64,000 nt of DNA from Mobula hypostoma. Lineage: Eukaryota. Both the position numbers and the translations under genes were made by a program. The notes beneath the pieces are model-generated. The model saw only the letters and a program-made list of their open reading frames with translations, was not told the origin of the DNA and ran no database searches. The DNA is taken from assembly GCF_963921235.1 (NCBI RefSeq), contig NC_086097.1:68450001-68514000 (forward strand), in the 5' to 3' direction. Below, piece by piece: positions 25,262 to 38,142 of the stretch (positions are counted from its first letter, which is position 1; each line of letters starts with the position of its first letter).

Positions 25262-25408
25262 CAACACAACATCAGTCCTGATGAAGAGTTTCCGCCCAAA
25301 ACATTGCCTGTTTACTCTTTTCTATAGACACTGCCTGGCCTGCTGAGTCCCTCCACCATCTTGTGTGTGTTGCTTAGATTTCCAGCATCTGCAGATTTTC
25401 TCATATTT
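25262..25408 (+). mobile_element. Solo Penelope-like terminal repeat inside Gypsy pol
   Basis: 14-bp TSD gaattctttccaag (25248-25261) / gaactctttccaag (25409-25422); degenerate hammerhead cagtc-ctgatga..aaaa-catt. Confidence 0.85.
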
Positions 25409-28112
25409 GAACTCTTTCCAAGGTTGAATGGAGCCAATGGGCAGCATCAGTGGTCCCTGTAGCCAAGAAGAATGGGTCTGTCAGGATCTGTGGTGATTTT
25501 AAGGTCACCATCAATCTAGTACTGAGACCAACACCATCTGTCCAGGATAGAAGATATTTTTACAAACCTTTGTGTAAGAAAACATTTCAGCAAAGTGGAT
25601 TTAGCTGAGGCATACCTACAGGTGGAGATGAAAGAAGAGTCCAAAGTTTTTCTCACCATCAACACTCTCAAAGGGCTTTATCACTATAACAGGCTTATTT
25701 CTGGATAAGCATCTGCACCCGCACTCTGGCAGAAAGCTATGGACCAGGTTTTGCAAGGCTGTCCAGGCACTCAGTGTTACCTGGATGACATCATTGTTAC
25801 CAGTAAGGATGACAAGGCACATCTCCAAGATCTCGAGATAGCGTTAAAAAGATTAGAAGATTATGAGCTCAGAGCCTGATACAACATGGAAATTCTAGCA
25901 GTGGTGCAGGCCAAAGAACATGTCACGATTACAGTCATTTTTAGGATTTGTCAGTTATTATAACAAGTTCTTACTACATCTGGCTACAGTGCTCCACTCC
26001 TTGAACTCATTACTACAGATCTGGAAGAAATGGCAGTGGACAAAGCAGTGTGAGGTGCCTTTCAAAAAAGTAAAGGAAATGGTAATGTCAGGCATTATAC
26101 TCATACATTTTGATTCACATTGTTCAGTGAAGCTTGTTTGTGACACCTTATGGTGTAAGTGCAGTAATGTCATATACAGTATTATGAGTTTGTAAAGTGA
26201 ATGCCTCATAGATTTTGAATTGTGTTTCTTATCACTGCAGAGAAAAAATATGCTCAGTTTGACAAAGAGACCCTGAGTCTGATTTGGGGTGTAAAACGTT
26301 TCAATCAGTACTCGTATGGGAGAGGATTACCCTCATTAATGATCATCAACCGCTGGTGTCCATTTTCAATCCACATAAGGGTGTTTCACTAACAGCAGCA
26401 CGAATGCAGGGATGGACTCTGTTTCTTGGAGGACACAACTATAAGATCAAATTCAAGAGGACAACCAATAATGGCAATGCTGATGGTTCGTCCCATTTAC
26501 CCTTGGAAAAGGAAATACCTGAAAAACTTACAAAAGAGGACACTCCTCTTGACATATTCTCCCTAATGCAAATCGAAAGTTTCCCTATTAAGGCAAAGAT
26601 GAGCTAAATGGAAACGAGAAAAGACCCTGCACTGTCTCAGGTCTACATGGCAACCCAAAATGGCGGGAATGTGCAGTAGAAGTACCAGCAACTCCATTTT
26701 TACCAGCACCAAAATGACCTTGCCCTTAACGGAGGTTGCTTTATGTGGGATTGAAACTTGCAGTACCATATAAACTGAGAGCTAAAGTGTTGGAAGAGCT
26801 GCATGCCAGTCAGATAGGCATGGTTAAAATGAAAGCATTAGCTCAAAGTTTTGTCTAGTGGCTTGGGACAGGTCAGCAAATCAAACAGGTTGCCATGCAC
26901 TGTTAGGGATGCCAACACATCCAGAAGCCGACAAGAGTAGCACCTTCGCATCCCTGGGAATGGCCTGCAGTGCCCTGGCAGGGGATTCATGTAGATTTTA
27001 CCGGACCGTTCATGGGCACAAATTTCTTGGTAGTTGTGGATGCAGCTACAAAGCGGCAAGACGTGTTCCCAATAGCCTCCAATACAGCCTCGCACACTGT
27101 TGATCTGTTAAGAAGCCTCTTCACAAGGACTGGTGTTCCAGAACATTTAGTCAGTGACAATGGACCACAGTTTGTTGAGGAACAGTTTCAGTCATTCCTG
27201 AAAATCAATGGAATAAGACATATTACATCTGCGCTGTAGCACCCAGCTACAAATAGTTTGACGGAATAAATGTCCAAAGTCTAAAGAACACAATGTCAGC
27301 AAAACATACTACACTAACACTGAATTAGATGCTGACCAATTTTCTCCTTGCATATTGCAATGCAGCACACTCCACAACCAACAACTCACCAGCTATGCTG
27401 TACCGGGGTCAGCCTTTGCATTCAGGCTTGGATCTCCTCAACCCCAATCTCAGAAGGAGTTTTGAGGACAAACATCTGAGACAAATTGAAGGCTCCTCGA
27501 ACAAGGAGGTTCGATATTTCACATCTGGATAAGCAGTTCTGGTGAGGGACGACAGAGATGATCAAAAGTGGCTACTTAAAGATTAACAACAGAACTAGAC
27601 CATTCTCCTACACAGTAGAAATTGCATCCAATATCATCTGGAGACAACACATCGATTAGTTGAGGAAAGCATTTACTATGCTGTGGATGACTATATTATA
27701 GTAGTTGTATTATATAGTATACTGTGTATATAGTTAAAAATGCATTCTATTTTGAGTCAGAGTTCATGGCTAAGCAGGGAGGAGTGTTGTGTATGTTATA
27801 TTTCAGTGATATTTGAGTAATATTGTAAATATATTGTTTTATTAAGTGTTCTTTGTTTGTTTAAATAATTAATTACAGGTTATATGTAATAGTACCTGAA
27901 TGGCATACATCATCATGCCACCAGGTCATATGTGCATGCCTCACTAAAGTAAAAACGGGCCTAACATACACAAGTTATCCCGGCTTTTTCTGTTGTTTTC
28001 TTTTAATTAGTTTTATGTTCTGGAGTTACAAAACATAACAATTAACAATATACATTTTTTGTCTCAACTGAAAGGATAAACCAGCATATACTGAATTCTG
28101 TGGAGCACACCA

Positions 28113-29020
28113 TCAGTGGTTTTCCAACCACTGATAAGACCATAAGACATAGGAGGAGAATTATGCTAGTCAGCCTATCGAATCTCCCCTGCCATTCCAT
28201 CATGGCTAATTTATTATTTCTCTCAACCCCATTCTACTGCCTTCCCCCTGTAACATTTGACATTCTGACCAATCAAGAACCTATCAACCTCTGCTTTAAA
28301 TATACCCAGTGACTTGGTCTCCATAGCTGTCTATGCCAATGAATTCTACATATTCATTACCCTCTGGATGAAGAAGTTCCTCCTGACCTCTACTCTAAAT
28401 GGATGTCCCTTGATTCTGAAGTTGTGCCCTCTGGTCTTAGACTCCCCCAATATACGAAACATCCTCTTCACATCCACTCTATCTAGGACTTTCAATATTC
28501 GATAGGTTTCAATGAGATCCCCCCCCCCCCAATTCTTCTAAACCCCAGTGAGTATAGGTCTAAAACCATCAAACACTGTTCATACGTTCACCCTTTCATT
28601 CCCAGAATAATTGTGGTGAACCTCCCCTGGACTCTCTCCAATGCCAGCACATATTTTCTTAGTTAATAAGCCCAAAACTGCTCACAATACTCCAAGTGTG
28701 GTATGACCAATGCCTTATAAAGCCTCAGCATAATATCCTTACTATTTTTTCTAGGCCTCTCGAAATTAATGCTAACACTGCATTTGCCTTCCTTACCACT
28801 GACTCAACCTGTAAGTTAACCTTTAGGGAAGGCTACGTAAGGACTCCCAAGCCCCTTTGCATCTTTGATTTTTAAATTTTCTCCTTGTTTAGGAAATAGT
28901 CCGTGTCTTTATTCCTTCTACCAAAGCCCATGATCATACACTTCCCTACACTATATTCCGACTGCCACTTCTTTGCCCATTTTCCAGCTAGAGACTACAT
29001 GTTTCCTCAACGCTACCACC
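28113..29020 (-). mobile_element. CR1 LINE 3' part
   Basis: KWAKKWQSEYSVGKCMIM and HLEYCEQFWAY-like motifs on minus; ataagaccataagac tail. Confidence 0.85.
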
Positions 29021-29384
29021 TATCTTGGTATCGTTCCCATTCTTGGCTACAAAGCCATCAGACTCATTTATATAATTATCTGATATGCAAAAGCTGTAGT
29101 TCTGGCAAATTTGTATCCTGTATATTTCCTAATATAGAATGACATTGATTAACTGTATGGATAATCAAGGGTAACCAGAGATATTTCCTAATCAGCAAGT
29201 TGTGCTTAACCAATTCAATTGAACTTCTCAGGAAAAGACAAAAGCCTGAATCTTAATAAGCAAATTACTTGAGATTGTTGAGATTTGGGAAGATCTGTAA
29301 TTCTTTGTAAAAAGTTGAAGTGTTTCAGACTCTTCTAATATCAGTCTTCATTATCATTTGGCAGAGACTTCTCAGTTGAGAGGT

Positions 29385-30148
29385 CTATGCAAATCAGTCC
29401 TCACCAGGGGATCAGAGGTGGACAGGGTCAGAAACTTTCAATTCCTCGATATTATCATTTCAGAGGATCTGTCAAGGGTCCCACACATAATTACAAAGAA
29501 AACATGATAGTGCCTCTACTTTCTAAGAAGTCTGCAATGATTTGGCATCTCATCTAAAACTGTGACAAATTTCTATAGATGTGTGGTGGAGAGTATATTG
29601 ACTGGTTGCATCAAGGCCTGGTATAGAAACACCAAAGACCTTGTACAGAAAAGCCTGCAAAAAGTAGTGGATATGGCCCAGTCCATCATGGGTAAAGCCC
29701 TCCCCACCATTGAGCACACCTACATAGCGCTGTCACAAGAAAGCAGCATCCATCATCAAGGAACTCCTCCATCCAGCCCAAGCTCTTTTCTTGCTGCTGC
29801 CATCAAAAAGGACCACAGCACCTGGTTCAGTAAAAGTTATTACCCTTCAATCATCAGGCTCTTGAACCAGAGGTGACAACTTCACTCACCCCTTCACTGA
29901 ACTGTTCCCTACGGACAAGGACTCTTCATCTCATATTCCCAATGTTTGTTTGTTTATTTGCTTGTTTGTTGTTCTCTTGTATTTGCACAGTTTGTTATCT
30001 TCTGCACATTGGTATTTTTCCGTCTTGTTGGGTGTGGTCTTTCATTGATTCTATTGTGTTTCTTTGTATTTACAGTGAATGCCTGCAAGAAACTGAATCT
30101 CAGGGTGATATGCATGTACTTTGATAATAAATTTACTTTGAACTTTTA
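29385..30148 (+). mobile_element. Rex1/Babar 3' fragment
   Basis: ORF 29562 TNFYRCVVESILTGCI.AWY..YYPSIIRLLN; aataaatttactttgaactt tail. Confidence 0.85.
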
Positions 30149-30269
30149 ATGTCATATTTCCAGGAAACATATATGTTGCAGTCATCCATGGGGAGACCAC
30201 ATTGTCAGTCATCTTCAGCAGTTAGAACTACCTGATGAAAAAGGGACAAATGCTCTCTTCTGCTTCCCT

Positions 30270-31110
30270 GGCCTCTGGCATAAATGTGCAATCGTTGCAC
30301 AGTACCTGACTCCCAATGCAACAAGAGCTAAACAGATAATGTGAGAAATTCAAATGTTCTTCAAAAGCAAGAATCCTTGGCTTCAGTCATCTTGGAGTGC
30401 CCCGCAATATATGCCAAAAACATCATCGTCACTGCTGCGTGCTACATGCTACACAATCTGCCAAATGGAAGCAACAGCTGCTGCCAACCTGCAGACCCAG
30501 AGCATGATGTCCATGATACAAACTTTGAAGAGCAGCAGGATGATGAATGTTAATGAGAATGTCCTTAGGGACAGCCTTCCTGAGCATCTATAGCCTCCTC
30601 TCCCATCTGCACAGAGAAGGCAGACACTGTCTGCGTAGAATGTAATTGTCATCCCGAAAGCAAAACAAGTGACCTGTCTCCACATTCCAAAGGTCATTAA
30701 CAACATAAAGCACCAATAATCAGGTGGAGGAACCCAGATGACACTTTTTAATTGTTCACATGCTGCTTTGTTGGTCCACCTTCAGAGGTTATAAGACATT
30801 AATTACTGATCTGGCTTACAGCAACTGTCTTCAGTGGTGAGCAGTTCACCCTGGCATATTTTCTGTGTGGATGAAATTTCTGCTATACGAAATGGAGATT
30901 TTTAGATCTAGAGAAGACAAATGTAATCACTTCTTATCAGACTTTTGCCAGATAGTTGCAAGTCATCCCAACCTCCTGGCAAGCAGGATTTCCAGTATGG
31001 TATTTATTTTGTTAATGAACTGTTCAGCTCTTCATCACTAAATCTAGAAGTTCTCTTACTCCCCCGCAGTCACTCTCTCTGCTTCATAGCCTTTGTTGAT
31101 CTTTGTATGA
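30270..31110. mobile_element. Ancient PIF/Harbinger remnant (transposase C-terminus on +, Myb/SANT-like N-terminus on -)
   Basis: ORF 30341 ..NIIVTAACYMLHNL followed by an acidic stretch (Harbinger ACC.LHN motif); minus strand ~31015-31065 SKRTSRFSDEEL. Confidence 0.55.
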
Positions 31111-32247
31111 CTTTCTCAGATTAGTGTGCAGCATATGTATGACTTTTGCATTCGGCTGAGTGTGATCCTGTTTTACTGCATGCATCTGAAAATAAATTAC
31201 CTTAACTGATTCTAATTACAAATCTGTCACTGGTCAATTTCACAATTTTTTGCAACGGATCTAAATCAATGTTAGCACTGAACAGAACAGCAGTTAAGCA
31301 TGCCAAAAATAAGCAAAACCCAATCTCTGAATAATATTTTCATTTCCGATGATTCTTCTCTTAACGTCATCACTTTAAGTTACGAAAGACCATGCAACAG
31401 ACACCAGGACATTAAGGAACAGATATGCAAGCTGATTAGGGAAAAGTGCAAAAACAACAGAGTCATCATGGTGGGTGACTTCAACTTATACTACTTCAAG
31501 AGGATTAAAAAGGGTAGAATTCATTAGGTTCATCAATAGAGTTACTTAAAACAGTATGTAGAGAGTTGAACTGTTGGAGGGACCATACTGGACCTTGAAT
31601 TGGGAAATAAGCCTGACTAGATGACTGATCTTTCAGTCATCTAGTCAGTTACCACAACAGTTACCACAACTCCTTAAGTCTTAAGATAACTGTGAATAAA
31701 CAAATGGGCCCTGTGAGAAAATATTAAATGCAGAGGACAATTTACAGGAGTATTAGGTAGCAGCTAGGGAGAGTTAATTGGGAAAAGCCATTTTTGGGTG
31801 CTCCATCTGATATATGAAACTTATTCAGAGACCAACTGCACAACATACAGGACTGCTATGTTACCATATGAAGGAAGAACATGGACGACAAGGTGAAGGA
31901 ACCTTGAATGACATGAGAGATTGTGAATTTAGTCAAAAAAGGAAGCAGATGCAAGGTTTAGTCAGCTTAAATCGAAGAGAGCACTTGAGGAATATTAGCA
32001 AATCAGAAGAGAACTCAAGAAGAGAATTAGTAGAGCCAGGAGGGGGGCATGAAAGGTCCTTGGTAAGTGGGATTAAAGAGAATCCTAAATTATTCTACCC
32101 GTACTTTAAAAGCAAAAGGATAACTAGGAGGAGGCTGATAACTCAAGGATAATAGAGGGAACATGTGCTTAGAGACAGAGGATATGGGTGAGATTCCAAC
32201 TGTATTTTGCATTGGCATTCACCAAGGAGAAGGATATGCAGACTACT

Positions 32248-32445
32248 AACACAAACACAAGAACATTTGCAGATGTTGGATATCCAAAGCAACACACACA
32301 AAATGCAGCAGAAATTTAGCAGATCAGGCACCATCTATGGAAAAGAATAAACCATGAACATTTTGGGCCAAGACCGTATCTAAGTCCAACATTTTCCGTA
32401 GATGCCGCCTGGTCTGTTGAGTTCCTCCAGCCTTTTGTGTGTGAT
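32248..32445. mobile_element. Short fold-back Penelope-like repeat
   Basis: gcagatgttgga..gcaacacacacaaaatg..aggcaccatctatggaaaa followed by its inverted copy ttttccgtagatgccgcctg..tgtgtgtg. Confidence 0.75.
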
Positions 32446-32494
32446 GTAGGATAGTGGTATCAGTACAGAGCATGCTAATTAGCTGGGGCATTTT

Positions 32495-33220
32495 CAATTT
32501 CATTCAAGTTTAGTTGTCATTCAACTATACAAGAATACTCATGAATACAGCCAAACAAGACAGTGTTACTCTAGGGTCAAGACGCAAAACGCAGTGCCAA
32601 CAGTCACACACAGCACGTATAAGATAGAAAGATACAGCCGCTCAATAAGAGTCAAAACTCAAACCATCGAAAGCCGCTGAAATCTGCAGATAATCACAAC
32701 AAAGCTTGCATTGTGCCGAGCGAACATCAGGTGGTGGTGGGGGGTGCACCACCAATACCAGTCTGGATACCGCACCACACTGCCCACAGTACAGCACACC
32801 GACTCCAATGCCTCTCCCTGGCAGCTGTAAACAGGAAACATCACGGCTTGAGGCCAAGTCCTCGCACATGCAGGATAGCAACACGGGGTTGGGTAGGGGG
32901 CAGGGACAGCACCAACTTCAGCCCAAATCCTCAATTACAATGTCCAAAAGGGACTTGCGATCACAAGAAAAGCAACCAAGAAGGTAACTTGCTATTAGAC
33001 TGTATGCCTCCTTCAACTCAGGCAGCAGGACGATATGCTGCTCCTTCATTTTCTCCGCCAGTAAGCGACTTGCTGATGGGGCAGACCTGCAGTAGTTTAA
33101 GTTCTTAATATTCAGCTGGATCTTGTGATCATTTAAAAATCTATTTAAACACAACAGTAACACCTTTAGTTGACCCCTTAGTAGCCGTTGCAACTAAACA
33201 CGCTGCCATCTCACCGGAAG
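32495..33220 (-). mobile_element. Putative non-autonomous LINE derivative (5' UTR-like head + Rex-type tail)
   Basis: Minus head ggtgagatggcagcg; non-coding body; tail gaatgacaactaaacttgaatgaaattgaa; interrupts the CR1 reading frame. Confidence 0.5.
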
Positions 33221-34239
33221 CTGGATTTTGGGATAAAGAAAGAGTTGGTACTGCATCTCTTAAAGGATGTTAAGGTGGAAGAATTCCCATGACCTGATGG
33301 GATACACCCTGGGTTACCGAGAGAGGTAAGAGATAAGATAGCTGGAGCCTTGACCAAGAGCTTTGTGTCTTTTATTGCCACAGGTGAAGAACTGGAGGAC
33401 TGGTGAGTAGCTAATATTGTTTCTTTGTTAAAAGTAGTAATAATGATAATTCAGTGACAGGGAAGTTATTGGAGAGGAATCTTAGGGATAGGATTTATGA
33501 ACATTTGGAAAACCATGGCCTAATTATGTACAGTCAATATGGCGTTGAGTGGGTCAGATTTTGAAGGTGATTGATGAAGACAGTGGGTGTTGTCTACTTG
33601 AATTTTTATAAGGCATTCAACAAGGACCCCATGGTGGGCTCACCAGAAGATTAAGATGCATGGGATCCATAGTGACTTGGCCATTTGGATTCAGAAATGG
33701 CTTGCCTATAGAAGACAGATGGTAGTGGTCAATGGGTCTTAGTGTGGCTGGAGATCCTTGACTAGTGGTGTTCTGCAGGGATCTTCATTGGAACCTCTGC
33801 TGTTTGTGATATATATGTGACCTGGATAAAAAACATGGACGGGCGGCTTAGTAATTTTTTACAGATCACACATAGATTGATAGCATTATGGTTAGTATAG
33901 AATATTGCCAGAGGATACAGCAGGATATAGGTCAGCTGCAGATATAGAGAGAAAAAAATGGCAGATGAAAGTTAATGTGGCCAGTGAGACGCTACACCTG
34001 GAGAGATCAAGTGTAATGGGCAAGAACACAATTAATGACAGGACTTTTAACAACACTGATGTACAGAAGGATCTTGAGGATCCAACTCCTTAGCTCCCTG
34101 AAAGTGACTACACTATTTGATAGGATGGTGAAACAGGCAAATGGCATTCTTGTCTCTAGTGGTTGAATGACTTAGTTCAAGAGTCAGGAAGTTATGGTTA
34201 GGCAGCATCTGACATTTTGCATTCAATCCTGGTCAGCTC

Positions 34240-34497
34240 AGGATATCAACGTTTGGAGTTCATTTCCAGCACCGTCTGTAAGGAGTCGTGGTACGTTGCC
34301 CTCGTGGAACACGTGGGTTTTCTCTGGGTGCTCCAGTTTCCTCCACAGTCCAAAGACATACTGGGTAGATTAATTGGTCATTGTAAATTGTTCTGGGAGT
34401 AGGTTAGGGTTAATCGGGGTTGTCAGGGGTTGCTGGGGCAGCATAGCTCATAGACCGGAAGGGCCTACCGCGTGCTGTATCGCTAAATAAATAAATT
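34240..34497 (+). mobile_element. V-SINE, 5'-truncated
   Basis: gggtgctccagtttcctccacagtccaaagac..ggtcattgtaaattg; (taaa)n tail. Confidence 0.85.
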
Positions 34498-35606
34498 TAT
34501 TATCAGAAGGAAGTCAAGGCAGAGAGAGTGCAGAAGAGGTTTACCAAGACGCTGCCTGGATTAAAGCACATGTTCTTTAAGGAGAGCTTGGTCAAATGTG
34601 TGTTGCATTTTTCTGCAGCGGCAGAAGTTAAGGGAAGGCTTGAGAGAAGTTTGTAGCGTTATAGATACAGTAGATAGCTGGTAATTTTTCTTCGGACTCA
34701 AAATGCCTGATACCAGATAGCATGTATTTAAAATGAAAGGGCATATGGTCAAAGGGGATGTGAAGGGCAAATTTTTGTACACAGAGTACAGTGGGTGCAT
34801 GGAATGTGTTGGCAGGGCTGGTGGTAGAGGCAGCACAATAGCAGCGTTTCGAGAGGCTCTTAGATAGTTTAATTAAGCATCATTACCTTAATTAGTTCAG
34901 CACAGCACTGTGCGCCAAAGAAATTGTTCCTGTGCTGCACTTCTATGTTCTATAACTGTGGGGGTCAAACTTTTAAAGCAGTTATTTAAGTTTACTGACT
35001 GGAAATTCATTAGTTTTATTTCTGGAGGGCTCAGCATTGCTCGGTATACCCAGGTTGATGCAGGCCTATAAATTACAGTTGTAATCTCGGCGAACTTCAA
35101 CCAACAAGCGGAAGGTACTCACCCAACAATGGCATCTGAGCTTCAGCCTTCAAGCCAGCAGCATAGTTGTCAGAGAATACGGAAAGAAAAGGGCAACTCC
35201 ATACATTGAACTTCTGAACATTTTATTTCAGTGAACAGTTACTAGGATGGAGGTACTTTCCACTTGTGGAGAGGGCCAAAAGCGTCTCAGGGCTATCCTT
35301 AGGAAAGATTGGCAGGAAACCATGGAATGTAAACTAAAAGACACAACTCTAAAGAGGAACAAAATAAAAAGGCCTTGGGATACCCATGTGTAATTCACTG
35401 AAAGTGACAAGACAGGTTCAGAAACTGGTCAAAAAAGCATTAGAAATCCTGGATTTTATAAATAATGGCCCAGAGTCCAAGAGCAAGGACATTGAAATAA
35501 GCCTTTGTAAAATACTTACTTGTCACCACTGGAGTATTGTGTCTACTTCTGGCAGACACTTCATGAAAGATGAAAATAATTTACTGAAATTATCCCAAGG
35601 ATGAGT

Positions 35607-36198
35607 AAACACAAAATAATCTGCAGATAACAACAGGAATTCTGCAGATGCTGGAAATTCAAGCAACACACATCAAAGTTGCTGGTGAATGCAGCAGGCC
35701 AGGCAGCATCTCTAGGAAGAGGTGCAGTCGACGTTTCAGGCCGAGGGTTCAGACGAAGGGTCTCGGCCTGAAACGTCGACTGCACCTCTTCCTAGAGATG
35801 TTGCCTGGCCTGCTGCGTTCACCAGCAACTTTGATAATCCGCAGATGCTGGGGTCAAAGCAACACTCACAACACGCTGGAGGAACTTAGCAGGTTGGGCA
35901 GCATCCATGGAAACGATCAGTCGACGTTTCGGGCCAGAACCCTTCATCAGGACTGTAGGGGGAAGGGGCAGAGGCCCTATGAAGAAGGTGGGGGGAGGGT
36001 GGGAAGGAGAAGGCTGGTAGGTTCCAGGTGAAAAACCAGCATTCATGGAAAAGATCGGTCGACGTTTTGGGCTGGAACCCTTCTTCCGGCCTGAAACGTC
36101 GACCGATCTTTTCCACGGATGCTGCCCGACCTGCTGAGTTCCTCCAGCGTGTTGTGAGTGTTGCTTTGACCCTAGCATCTGCAGATTATTTTGTGCTT
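35607..36198 (-). mobile_element. Fold-back Penelope-like element containing a second fold-back PLE (35629-35833)
   Basis: Outer inverted arms ~120 bp; inner insert with 13-bp TSD ataatctgcagat (35616-35628) / ataatccgcagat (35834-35846) and ~74-bp arms around a 16-nt spacer. Confidence 0.9.
35918..35955 (-). ncRNA. Minimal type I hammerhead ribozyme motif (intact)
   Basis: CAGTC-CTGATGA-A-GGGT(TCTG)GCCC-GAAA-CGTC^GACTG: perfect 5-bp helix I, 4-bp helix II, palindromic ACGT helix III. Confidence 0.85.
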
Positions 36199-36849
36199 AA
36201 TGGAGGAGAGCTAGTTGGGTCATTGCTCATAAAAGAAACTAAGCCCTTTCTGGTGTGCTCCTTGACACTTGTTTTTCTGGAACTTACAGTCTCCATCCCA
36301 GGAGGTAGACTTTCCACTGACATCTTAACCCACTGACTCTTACAACTAAGTTGACTATACCTTATTCACCCTCCCTACTGGTTTTCTTAATTTCTCTAAT
36401 TTCTGCTGCAGCTTTTCTCAAGATGAGGCTTTATACTTTTGGATTTCTGAAAAATCACCTTCTTTCAAAAACATGACTTTGACACTGCCATGGTTGATAT
36501 AGAACACTCATGCAAATCTCTGCCATTTCCTCTGTGTTGGTTAAACAAGCATGGACTTGGGGACTGCTTTATAGACCATCTGTATTCTATTTGCAATAGC
36601 CACCTTGAGCTTCAGTGGCATGTATTTTTAACTCTACCACCCACTCCCACATTATTCTATCCAAGGTCTTCTCCATTGCTACAGAGAAACCCACATCCAC
36701 TTGTTCTCCTCCCACACGTACTTACTCATTCACTTGGTTTTCTTCTTCTTCATCTCCAAATCCTCTGGTTCCATCAAGTCACTAACCCCTCCCCATCTAT
36801 CTCGTTACCCCTCCTGTTGCCATACACTGGAGATTTTTCCTCTTGCATC

Positions 36850-37410
36850 TCAGGTATAGTGCAGGTTCTTGACCCTAGATGTCAACTTACACCTTTTGCT
36901 GATTTGGAAAAGTCGGGTACGGGCCGGAACGTGGTAGCGGGATCCGGGCTCAGAGTGTATCAGTACAACGTGGCCCAGATGGATTGAAAAGGTGGTGTGC
37001 TGGGACTGGAGGTGAGGATCGGGCCAGTTCTGCTTGCTGCCCTGCAACATTTTGCACCGCTGTGTGATGAACTGAGGCTGAGGGCGTGGGTGTGTTCTGG
37101 CTGCTCAATAGACTCACGACCATTCTGAAAGCTGTCTGCTTTCTTTCATGGATTGTACAATTTGTTTCTCTCTCTCTCTCCCTCTCCCTCCCCCTTTCCC
37201 TCTCCCTTCTCCTCTCCCTCTCCCTTCTCCTCTCCCTCTCCCTCTCTCTCTCCTTCCCTCCCTCCCTCCCCCCACATTGGGTGTTTGTTGGATTTTTTTT
37301 AATGGACTTTTTTGGATTTCTTGTTTTGTGGCTACCTATAAAGAGATGAATCTTAAGGTTGTATAATGTATACGCACAGTACTTTGATAATAAATGTACA
37401 TTGAGCTTTG
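36850..37410 (+). mobile_element. Non-autonomous LINE-derived element with Rex-type tail and (CT)-rich microsatellite (37165-37272)
   Basis: Tail atgaatcttaaggttgtata..tactttgataataaatgtacattgagctttg matches the tails at ~30100 and ~39770. Confidence 0.55.
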
Positions 37411-38048
37411 CCTCCACACATAAAGCCTAACCCACTGTTTTTTTGTTCCAGATTTCAGCATCTGCAGGTTCATTTGTCTTCGCTCTTAGAAAGGCATGAA
37501 TAGCATGGCACAAGAATTTAAGAAGGCAAAGCATGTGTGGCAGAATGTTTCATAATGCAAAAAGTGATCAAAATTCAAAACATCCATTCGCATTGGCTTG
37601 GGAAAGCTGGATACTGTAACTCCTGTCAAGCAGTGTAATACAACAGGAAGAGAGATTATATATTAAAGACACCTAAGACTATTTTTTTTTAGATCTGTCA
37701 TGAGCCACACAGCAATCTCATAACTTTCCAAACTGAAGTCTTTCCCTCCTTTCTCTCTTCCAGCCATGGCATTGTACCTTTGTTCGTTTAAAAGTGCTGT
37801 ACCTCTCGGGAGAGTGTGCCTGCATTCCTGAGAGTTAAATCTACAGAGTCCATCAGATCATGAAATCGCTAGTTCATTTAGACAGTTCAAAAGTTCATTA
37901 CATAAAGGCAAATTACAGGAGGTAGACTGCAGTGATAGTAGTTCAGAAAATGTATATTTATAGGTTTTGTATGCTGCCATGTTTCACCAATGTTCTCAGG
38001 CAGGTGGTAAGCAATGGTCTCTTCTAAATCTATCTAAGGTATATCTAA

Positions 38049-38142
38049 GTGGTACCTGTAAATAGCTGAAATTCTTTAACTTATTTTAAATAGCTGTGGT
38101 ATCTGTAAACAGCTGAAATTCTTTAACTTATTTTAAACAGCT
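38049..38142. repeat. 47-bp tandem duplication
   Basis: 38049-38095 and 38096-38142 differ at 3 positions. Confidence 0.9.

Larger units (their letters stand above)
21890..28040 (+). mobile_element. Gypsy/Ty3 LTR retrotransposon (Mag-like), full-length but decayed
   Basis: 5' LTR 21890-22546, 3' LTR 27785-28040 (TG...CA); PBS tggcaatgagga; PPT aagcagggaggag; flanks actaa/attaa; gag with two decayed CCHC knuckles (24462), protease DTG, RT VRICGDFK/YLDDII, RNase H, integrase IHVDFTGP..SDNGPQF. Confidence 0.93.
31380..34950 (+). mobile_element. Old long CR1 LINE with nested insertions
   Basis: VIMVGDFN (31300), IKENPKLFY.YFKSKR (31814), SGVLQGS.L.PLLFVIY (~33765), KWQMKVN (33905); 3' end ~34600-34950. 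Confidence 0.85.

Noticed and set aside
21890..28040. Endogenous retrovirus
   Set aside because: No env ORF; the motifs and short LTRs fit a Gypsy/Ty3 retrotransposon.
36950..37417. RE-rich ORF (also the N-terminus of 49954-50277)
   Set aside because: Products of (CT)/(GA) microsatellites.
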